Assembly: GCA_965113315.1 (NCBI GenBank)
Contig: OZ220367.1
Reading direction: 5' to 3' (one strand)
Source: Podarcis vaucheri
Lineage: Eukaryota
DNA: 64,000 nucleotides
Below the pieces are notes generated by a model that saw only the letters and a list, made by a program, of their open reading frames with translations, ran no database searches and was not told the origin of the DNA. Of this stretch, positions 46,451-55,956 are shown in pieces; position 1 is the stretch's first letter, and every line of letters starts with the position of its first letter. The position numbers were made by a program, and so were the translations under genes.

Positions 46451-49400
46451 ACTTTAATCCGCATCACCGGACGGTCCGACTAGATCCGAATTTAGCAAAA
46501 AGGGAAAAAGCCCCAGAGTTGACAGAAAGGCGAAGGAGGTGTCCCCCGATGAATGCGATGGAGCTAACGACTTCGGGGAGGGATGGATCAAACATGTTCT
46601 CGGCTCTTTTGCTGGCTAATGGCAGAAGTGCCAACGAACGATCACTTGACAGGAGAGTTATGTGTTGCCGCCACTAGTTGACAAGAAGCAAGATCGGTTT
46701 CCTTGATCACGTTTCAGGCCTTCACTTTTGCCGCCAAAGCGACCGACCTGGTTCCAGAAATATTTGGTCTCAGTCATGGGGTTGGGAGGATGGGGTAAGG
46801 TGGTGGTGTTGTACAGACGGTAGAGTCCTGACGGGCGGGAAGCCCCCCTGGTGATCTGCAGACACCTGCAAAGGCTGCCTGCGAGCACTCATTTGTGTGC
46901 AGCCATCAAATGCATCTGAATGGCTCTGAAAGGAAGGAGTGTCCTGGGTTGGGAGAGCTGGGTGTGGAGCGCTTACTAGGCTAAGTCCCTTGGCATATCT
47001 AACCTGCTCCCCTCCCTGCGCTGGCAGACAAGGATGCAGAGCCTGCAACCGGAACCTGCTGCTCGCTACCGGAATGTGCTGGAGGCCCTGTGGCGGATCG
47101 TGCGGACTGAAGGGATCTGGCGACCCATGCGTGGATTGAACATCACAGCCACAGGGGCAGGCCCTGCTCATGCCTTGTATTTCGCCTGCTACGAAAAGTT
47201 GAAAAAGACACTTACCGACATTATCCATGCTGGGGGCAATAGTCATGTGGCCAACGGTATTGTCCCTTCTTGACTCCTTGCCCCACCCTGAGGGTCCCTA
47301 TGTCCCCAGCTAGGACTGTTAGTGAAATGAAGAACTGGATGCCTGGTTCTTTCTTACTGCTCTTATATTGCTAACTTCTGAATCCTGTTTACTATTGACA
47401 TTCTTCCCTGATGCTGTGTTCTGCTTCACTCCAAGCATTATCTAACCATGATCGTTAGTAATGTAGGATTTGCCATTGACTTTTGAAAGGAATTTGTGAA
47501 TGAGAAGGGATTGTGGGAATATGGGGCAGATAGCTGCAGTTTCCACCAGAGCAGACAGAAACTTTTTTTTATTGTGAAGATAATTTGAAATATGATAGAA
47601 GAATGGGTGTGTTGCTGTTTGTATTTCATTTTGACTTTATATAGTGCTCTTCCTTTGAAGCAGCTGTCCCAGATGTGTCCATGTTTGTATCTGCTCTTAC
47701 ATTTGTCCTTTTAGCATCCTCCTTTTTGAGTGGGGAGAACCCCAAGCTTGCTGTAATGTGTTGTAGAGTCTGGTCTGCTTACATTTACTTTTTCACACTA
47801 GCATGCTTCTGAGGCTCCTTCATCTCTGATAGTCTGGACACATAATAGGAAGACCCAATTAGCTGGAGATCCTAGAATTTTGGAACTAACTCGTCTCACT
47901 CTGAAGCTTGTTGGATGTGTTAGCAGGACGACAGCAGAATCCTAAATAGCTGCAAGAATCCTAAATAGCTGCAAGACGGTCTTGGCTCTTCTCTGCTCTA
48001 GGAATTAAAGATGATAGATAATTTACAGTGCAATCCTAACCATGTTTACTCAGAAGTAAGTCCTATTTAATTCAGTGGACTTACTCCCAGGTAAGTGGAG
48101 TTAGGATTGCAGTCTTAGTCTTCTGATTCCCCCCCCCCCAATCCTTCCAATGTGGGTCGAGATTAATATGATAAATATTGCCTACACTGGAGCCTTGAAT
48201 ATTTCTGATATTCCCTTTCTGAAAACTGATGCTAATTTCTCAATGAACTTTCATTCTGTCTTTGGGAGGTGGGTGTCCCTATTTGCTCGCATACACTCCT
48301 CCGGTGGCACATTCTGAGAGCTCCTTAGGTCTTCTTCCCACTTTTCACATGTAATAGTCCTTGTTTTGCAGGCGCAGCAGGCTGTGTGGCAACATTGCTT
48401 CATGATGCAGCCATGAACCCAGCAGAAGGTAATGTTGCTTCCCAGCAGTCCTGCAACTTTCATGCAGCTTGTGCTGCTCCCTTCTTGTCACCAGGGGGTG
48501 CTTTCATGTTGCTTGTGATACAGTTCAGACATGCAGCCTTACCTGCTACAAGGGTTCTTTGGATGCAGCGGGTGGGTGGTGGACAAGACTTTGGCATAAG
48601 CAAAGAATGTATTTGTGTGTCTGCCTTTGCTCTTGGTGTTGATAAATGACATAAAAACAATATTGCAACTTGTCTTTCATATTTGTGTTCCCTACATTGC
48701 GTAGGCAAAATCAGATCACATTTCAGTAACCCCCGTTTATTACTTGGTGTCTCACAATTCCAGAATTGGGGCATTACTGTTTTTTCATGAGTTGTAGAGT
48801 TCTGCAGGATTTGCTGGGTGGGTAGATAGATCACACTGAGGCAAGTTTAAGGGATGCAGGGGCCCCTGAATCTATTCAAGTGAATCTATTCAAGAATGCA
48901 CACTGTTCAGATCACTGCACTTACTTACTTATTTATTTTTTCTTTGCTCCTCCCTGCCCTTCTCTCGTCTCCATGGCTGGGCTGCTGCTGTCATCTTGTG
49001 ATCAGTGGTAAAGCAGAGAATGCAGATGTACAACTCTCCATACCAGCGAGCAACAGACTGTGTACGTGCTGTATGGTGCAATGAAGGGGCAGGAGCTTTC
49101 TACCGAAGCTACACCACTCAGCTGACTATGAACATCCCCTTCCAGGCCATCCACTTCATGGCATATGAATCTTTGCAGGAACACCTCAATCCTCACAGAC
49201 AGTACAACCCTAGTTCCCATATGGTGGCAGGGGCCTGTGCAGGGGCCATTGCTGCTGCTGTCACCACCCCATTGGACGTTTGCAAGACACTGCTGAATAC
49301 CCAGGAGGCCCTGGCACTGAATACCAACATCAGTGGGCACATTACAGGCATGGCTCATGCATTCAGGACGGTGTACCGCGTGGGTGGGCTGACTGCCTAT

Positions 49401-49523
49401 TTTCGAGGGGTACAAGCACGTGTCATTTACCAGATGCCCTCCACAGCCATTGCCTGGTCTGTGTATGAGTTCTTCAAATACATCCTTACCAAGCGAAAGG
49501 AGGAACGATTGGCCGGGAAGTGA
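46031..49523 (+). CDS. SLC25A28: Mitoferrin-2, mitochondrial iron transporter, 4 exons, 362 aa
   Basis: Exons 46031-46315, 47028-47256, 48372-48428, 49006-49523 (1089 nt). Carrier signatures [30 protein letters not shown]; Gly-rich N-terminus; PDYEALP motif. AATAAA at 49938-49943. Confidence 0.97.
48026..48112. repeat. Short palindromic MITE-like repeat family (about 90 bp); other copies near 29787-29875, 33690-33785, 43840-43905, 56845-56920, 57820-57910, 61050-61115
   Basis: tgcaatcct…aggattgca terminal inverted repeats around a tactcagaagtaagtc…cttactcccaggtaagt core. Confidence 0.75.
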
Positions 49524-52494
49524 AATGTGACTCCACCCGCTGGATTGGCTGGTGCCAGACTCAAATGACAAGCAAGCCTTTGGAATAACGATGCCGCCTC
49601 TTGCCTGCTGCTGCATTTTGCACAGCCCATCATCCTTCTCCCAAATGGATAGTACACAATGAGCAGCAGCTTGGCCTGCCCTTTTCTAGCCTGTCACCTA
49701 ACAAGCATCTCCCTTGCCCGAAAAGTTGTATTCCCTTAAAAGAGGTGGAGACTACCATGAGCTACCGTGAGCGCACTGGAACTTGGGGTGATGACCTGCA
49801 TACCCTAAATGGGTTGCTGTTACGACTACGTGGTGATGGAGGCAGGGGAAGTGTTAGCTGAGCTGTTGTCTAGTAGCACACACACAAACCTCATGCTCTC
49901 TGGGAAGGCTTTGATTGTTGTGGCCCTTGGCACCTCCAATAAAGTCTGCTTTATCGTCACAGCCCTTGTTTGCTCTTATTCTCCTTATCTCTTGCTCTCT
50001 TTTTAGCAGCTCTATAGGGCTTTGTTACAGGTAAGTTGGACCAACCTATAGCAGGGTGGTCTAAATTGTTTCCTCTTGTGGTAGGTGGGAGAGTAGAAGT
50101 GAGATTAGTATCATATAATGCTGCATCTTGTATGACTAATATTGATCCATGAAGAACCAGCTTTCTATTGTCATTAAACAGTATTTGGAGAGCATCTATG
50201 TTCCTACAGGATACCAGCACCAGGCAACTGACAGCTTTAGGTGATTCTTGTTCCTCCCATATATATTTCAGCAGTATTCTTACCTACCAACGCAGCTCAA
50301 ACACACATTCTTATAGTAGCAGGGGAAAAGATGCAGTCTGCCTCAGTTGGGTGTTCTTTCAACTGGCTTGCAGTGTCCTCCAGTAATATATATACTGTGA
50401 TGGAAAATACACAAGTGCATGTGTGCACATATGTAAAAAAAAATAGTTCTTGTTCCTATTATCCTCTGTCACACCAAACAGAGTAGAAATGTGAAAGAGT
50501 AGAGTCAGGCTGTAGTTTGAGAACAGGCAGGCAGGTGATATTGGGGGATACCATTTATCCATCTACAGTTATGAAGCATGCATTCTCTGCTTGCCTTGTC
50601 CTATGATGCTGGCCCATCCATGTTGCAAGAACTCCAAAAGTATGGCACTTAGGTTCCAGGTAACTTTTAACTTGGAATGGCCAACTGGGCTTCATCTTAC
50701 TTCTTAGGGGGGAAAGTGTGGCAATCTTTCCTCCTACTCTTGATCCCAAGATTTGGAATGTGTCATTTAGGAAGAGGAAGAATACACAAATGAGGCAAAT
50801 ATAAACCTCTGACTGAGCCAATGTCTTACTGAACAGCCTCTCTGCTTCCTAAGTGTGCCCTTTGCAGCAAAGTGAAACCTCAAAACAATACATCTGTCTT
50901 CACTGGCTTATGATGGATGTAGCCAAATTTTAGATTTCCTAATGCATACTTTCTGTTGCATTAGGGTTATGTGAGTGATGGAGAGAGAACTGATGTTTTA
51001 GAGATTTGAAGTTGAACCAAAAGGGCAAATAGATCTTATGTTCAAAATGCCTGTTCATACATGGTTTTGCTAGCTGTGCTTCTTGCTGACTTGACCTGTC
51101 TTGGAAGGGTAGACTTTGACAGGAAATTATTGTCTTCCTGGGAAAGAAAAGCTGACAAGAAGGCTCACCTGTTGCAGCAATGCAGAGGAGAGCCTAGTGC
51201 TCCCTGACTGGCATTTCCCCCTCAATCTTTGAGGTGGTGTAAACATTAATTTTGAGAAAATTTTCTCCGTGGCCCAGTTCACATGTAATTCAAACCATGA
51301 ATAAACAAGAATGCATAAGCATGCAGGTACAGGTGGGAAATCATGCTGCCACACTCCTGAAACTAAGCCATGCTTTAGCTTAGTGTTCTATCCAAGCCTG
51401 GCCTTGTGGCTTGTCTTCTGCAAGCAAACCACAATTGGTAAGCCAAGAACAACCCCTAGTTGCAGCTTGTGCATTGTTAGGAGCAAGACAAACCATGAAC
51501 CTCAGTATGGACATAATGCTAAGTCAAGCCATGGCTTAGATCTGGGTAGCAGGGCAACAGGAAAAACACAGAGTATCTGCACATTAGTGGAATTCCTGGC
51601 ATGTGGCTTCTGCCAATTCTTTCAGGAAAACTATGGATGTGGCTTGGAACTTGTACATAACTTCCAAGTTATCAATCCCTCTTCCTGCAGTAGTGATTTA
51701 ACAGGCATAAACAGAGGAGCCAACTCTCTCCCCCCCCCCCAGTTACTGGGCATTGTCATTCAAATGGTGTGTGTGCATCATGTCATGTTGATTATGGGGA
51801 TGGCTTACATGCCCCCCCCCCAGTATTTTATTCAAGTTTGCACCCCTTGGCAGAACTTGGGCTGGCAATGGGAGTTTCTCTCCCCCCCTTTTTCCTGGGA
51901 CTAAGGTAAATGGTGGGGAGGACTTTACCTGTTTAATTACTGACAGGCTGCTGCAAAAGACAGAAGAGCAGTGCCAGTTAAAAGCTCCAGGTTCAGTCCT
52001 CAACATCTCTAGATAGGATTGAGGATGTCCCCATCCAAAACTCCAGAGAGCAGCTGCAAGTCAGAGCAGTTCAAGACAGACAACATCTGGAGTGCAAAGC
52101 GGGGTATGATGTGTTCTGAGGACAAGACAGCGAGGCCCAGAGGGCTGCACTTGCCCCCTGGGCCTGAGGTTCCCTACACCTGCCTTAAAGCAGGAGAATC
52201 AACTAGGCAGAAGAAATGAGCTGAATAGGATCTGTTATCTGGATCATATTCTATTATAATTAGTGCAGCCTTATTCCCCTTCCATTCTATTCCAGCTTTA
52301 TGTATTATTAATAAACACAGTAGTAATCTTTTGTCTCATTTTCTGATTTCCTTCAACACCTCTTCTGATCCTTTCCCTTCAGGGAGAAACCTTCCTTCCT
52401 TCTGTCCCCTTCCTCCTTAAAATTTTATGTCTCCACACCAGGCTATGCTGGCTTGAGGCTGATGGGAGTTGGGAGTCGTGCCCAACAACGTAAA

Positions 52495-52836
52495 CCTTAA
52501 CCTGATCTTTTATTCCCCTTCCTTCCCTCCCACCCCCCTTTTTATGAAGATTACCCACACTGGGATCCCACAGCTAATTCTCCCCTGGTCTCCTCACTGG
52601 CCCAAATAGGACTAATTTAGCCAGCTAGCCCTGGTGATCATCTAATGTTTATTGGATGGATTTCCCCCTAAATTGATTTTGAATTCTGAATTTACTGTTA
52701 TTCATGTTTTGTACTGTATTTTATGCTGTTTTGTTGCATCACTTAAGTGTTTTAAATTTTGTTGTTAGCCGTCCTGAGCCCGGTTTTCTAAACTGGGAAG
52801 GGCGGGGTATAAATAAAAAATTATTTATTTATTTAA
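52495..52836 (+). mobile_element. L2-like LINE 3' end
   Basis: T-rich 3' UTR, then gttagccgtcctgagccc…gggcggggtataaataa and a (TTTA)n tail. Confidence 0.6.
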
Positions 52837-52851
52837 TAACGTCTTTAGCGG

Positions 52852-53005
52852 GTAGAATCATAGAATCGAGTTGGAAGGGATCCCGAGTGTCATCTAGTCC
52901 AACCCCCTGCAATGCAAGAATCTCACCCACAGCTGTTCCTGGGTTGGCTGGAACCACCAACTTCTGGTTAATAGCCAGATGCACTGATCAGTTGCATCAA
53001 AGAGG
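52852..53005 (-). mobile_element. Degenerate SINE with tRNA-Asn-like head and CR1-type tail
   Basis: Minus strand resembles tRNA-Asn (…ctggctattaaccagaagttggtggttccagccaacccagg), followed by ttggactagatga…cccttccaactcgattctatgattcta, the CR1 3' end. Confidence 0.7.
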
Positions 53006-53389
53006 TTTAAAATCTGGTCAAATGGATGTGTGTAATTTGCCAGCTGCCTCACAGCACACTCAGACTGTGATTCAGGGTTATGGAAGTGGCAACTGCCTCT
53101 TTTCCCATCACCCCAACTTCCTCAGGATCGCCAAGACCTAAAGAAAGGAGGCAAAGCAACTCCTACAGTAACCCCACCACCAACAGAGTGATAAGCAGAT
53201 CCATAAAAGTTTTCCCTCTGGTGGGCAGCAAGTGCAATCTCTTTTTACCCATTGGACTTTTTACCTCGGGATCCCTTCCAACTCTGTGATTATATGGCTC
53301 CCCCCGCCCAGCCCCTTCATTCCTTCAGTTAATATTGTGGGCAGCATTAAGCAAACTACTGGTACAGTATCCGGGAGGTCTATTTGGGT

Positions 53390-53403
53390 GCGCCCCCTGG
53401 TGG
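53390..53403 (-). promoter_or_regulatory. Canonical CTCF core motif
   Basis: Minus strand reads CCACCAGGGGGCGC, an exact match to the CTCF consensus core. Confidence 0.65.
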
Positions 53404-53714
53404 TTTCTTCCTTGTTCACCAAACTTACTGTACATTTTTTCATTCTGTTTTCCTGGCCAACTAATTCAGTGGCGGGCGGCTGGTGGTGCCCATCTGCAAC
53501 AGGCAGGGAAGAAAGCAGGAAGCCTGAACCGAAGCAAAAACAAAACAAAACCTCCTCTCCTCTCACAGTCCCCGCCGGGGCTACAATCCGCAGGGTCTCT
53601 TGCGGGGCAAGGCGGCCTAGCTCGCGCAGGCTCGAAGCAGCTCCCCTTTGCGCAGCAGCCAGCAGTTGCGTCCGGCTATTCTAAGAAGTAAGAAATCTCT
53701 TCGCGGCCATTCAT

Positions 53715-53900
53715 GTGCATAGGAGCCAACTCCTAGGGGCCGAGGGGGTCTTGGCCCACCCCCAATAAAATATTTGAGGAGGCTCCCTCCCCCAATGGAT
53801 GGGCATTGCCGTTCAAATGTGTGCGTGCACCACATCATGTGATCGGTTATGCGGGGCGGGGCTTACTCCCCCCAATACTTTGTTCAATGTGGCACCCCTG
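53715..53900. repeat. Dispersed repeat (probable hAT-type MITE); second decayed copy at about 51705-51848
   Basis: The two loci share blocks ggagccaactc…gggcattg(c/t)c(g/a)ttcaaatg…gcacccct. Confidence 0.6.
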
Positions 53901-55403
53901 TTCACGTGGGAAAAGACAACCCTGCTTTGAAGCAAGGAATGGGCGGACGCACACTCCCCACGTGCCTTGCCCGTCCCAGTGAGCAGGGTCTCCAGCACAG
54001 GCAGATCCAGAGGGGAGGTCCTCCGCGATGCCTTTGGCGAAGGCTACCCCATCTATCTCGAGGGCATCCCGGAGGGGCGGGGCCGAAGCGCAAGTGACGG
54101 CGAGGCGTCTTTCAAGCATGTGCAGAGTACCTTTTCCCAACCACTAAGTAACCCAGGCACATTTCTTCGCGTCAGGCCTGAGTCACACAGCAGCGCTTTT
54201 CCTTTCCGGGGGGGGGGGATATGCACTCTCTGTCTGCTTCTGCCCCGCTTCCCCACCTTCCTCGACCCCGACTCAGGGCGGGGGCGGATCCGACATTGAA
54301 CTGCGCCTCCTAATCCCCCGCTCGCCCCCCGGGATAAAAAAAGGGGAACAAAACCGCAGCTCCCCCGCCCTCCCGGGCGCCGCGGGGGAGGCAGCGCGGG
54401 CCGTCAATCTCGCCCTTTGTCCGGGGCCCCCCTCGGCCCGCCTTTTGTCCCCCAATCCAATAAGCGCCGCTTCTCGGCCCCTTCCAGGCGCTTCCTTTCA
54501 GAGCCGGCCCGGCCGCCACAATGGGCCTCTCCGCGCCGCGCGCTGCCCCATTCAGCCCCTTGGCACCCTCTCCTCGCCCGGGACAAGGGGATTACAGCGG
54601 CCGGCTGGCCACCTATTAAAGGTCCGAGGGAAGGAGGCACCTCCGGCCGCGGGCAGGTACCCGTCTCGCGGCGCCTCCACAGCGGCATCCAAATGATAGG
54701 AGATCCGAGGCCACAGGGAGGCGGAGGGGGGACTTGGGGCGGCCCTTCCAACGCCCGTCGACGGGCGTACGGGCCTACCTTCTCCCTCCAGGAACCGGGA
54801 GCCTGCGGGCCACGGAGGTTGCAGGACTCCAACTCCCATCGTGCTCGGAGTTGTAGTCTGGAGAGCCGCACGCACGGCAGCCCTCGCGGCCTTCGAGCTA
54901 CTGGAAGCAGCTCCGGGTCCTGACAGGGCGAGTTTCCTTTGGGCTTGCCTGCCCTCCGGAGGAACTGACTCCGGATTAAGTTACTCCGGATTACACCCCC
55001 CCCCCCACTTTTCGTGCCTCCAGATTGCTGGAGGCGGCATGAATCTACCTCGGCTGATGGGTTAGAATAACTGTCCCACAGCTAGAAGCTGCATGGATCT
55101 AAGGTGGACTCTAAGCAGGGGGAAACGGGTGCCGTCGAAGGAAGAGAGGAGGAAGGAGGGAGAAGCTTCAGAGACAGCCGTCTATGATGGCAAAGCGGCT
55201 CTGTGGCTTCGACTTTTCCTGCAACACTTGCGCATTTTAGGTGCGCAGCGTGGTTTGTTTAGAACCTGCGCAACAGGAGAGGAGCTCTACCTGGAAGGGA
55301 CGCTTTTGCCAGAGGAGGAACCCAGAAGTCGCACACGCGCTCGCTCGCTCGACTGTCTTTCCCGCCCCGCCAGCGCGAAGCCTGCGATGGATATTGCACC
55401 TGG

Positions 55404-55409
55404 TTTATT
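55404..55409 (-). terminator. Candidate NKX2-3 polyadenylation signal
   Basis: TTTATT on plus, about 550 nt past the stop codon. Confidence 0.65.
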
Positions 55410-55460
55410 GGATCCTTTAACTTCCTCGCAGCGGTGGCTACATCGATACACTTTTAACAT

Positions 55461-55486
55461 ACAACAACAACAACAACAACAACAAC
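55461..55486. repeat. (CAA)n microsatellite in the NKX2-3 3' UTR
   Basis: About 8 units; UUG repeats on the mRNA strand. Confidence 0.9.
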
Positions 55487-55956
55487 AGAAAGGGGTGGCT
55501 CGCGGCGGCCTCCACCCCGGCTTTGGCTTTGTACAAGCGAAGCTGCTTTCTGGCAGAGCCAGGCCTCCCCCCGTCCCCGTCCCTGCTCGGCCTTGGCGCG
55601 GAGTCTCTCGCCGCGCCCCTTTCCCCAGGAGAGCTTTGGCCGCGGGCAGCTCCGCCGGGAGTGAGGGAAGAGAGTCTAAATGGGAAAAGTGTCCAGCAGA
55701 GCCAGTGCCGCCGCGTAGCCATCGAGGCCGCTTAGCACCGTGGACTGCACCACGGCTGACAAGGTGCTGAGGGTGGAGGATGGAGCCGCGCCCTGTGCTA
55801 GCGCGGCGCACCTTCTTGCGTGGTCGGGTCTCCCCGTCGGGAGGAAGCGCCGCTTCTCCGGCTGCCCGCCTGCCTCGCCGGGCCCCAACCAGCGACCGGG
55901 GACTGGGCTCGTGGCTCTGAACCGCGCTCGCTGCTCGATCTCTCCGTCGGCCGGGG

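Noticed and set aside
47936-47973. Perfect 19-bp tandem duplication (similar small ones near 19407, 28294, 48868)
   Set aside because: Ordinary slippage duplications with two units and no spacers; not an array.
52926-53005. tRNA-Asn-like sequence as a tRNA gene
   Set aside because: Stems and anticodon are degenerate and it is fused to a CR1-type tail, so it is a SINE head.
54825-54860. ZNF143-like motif
   Set aside because: Matches a decayed hAT-type MITE core repeated elsewhere in the window (about 5790, 42590, 42710).
53800-55811. Many overlapping 100-225 aa ORFs, including a polyQ-containing one at 55093-55770
   Set aside because: GC-rich artefacts. The polyQ is the (CAA)n microsatellite on the antisense of the NKX2-3 3' UTR.
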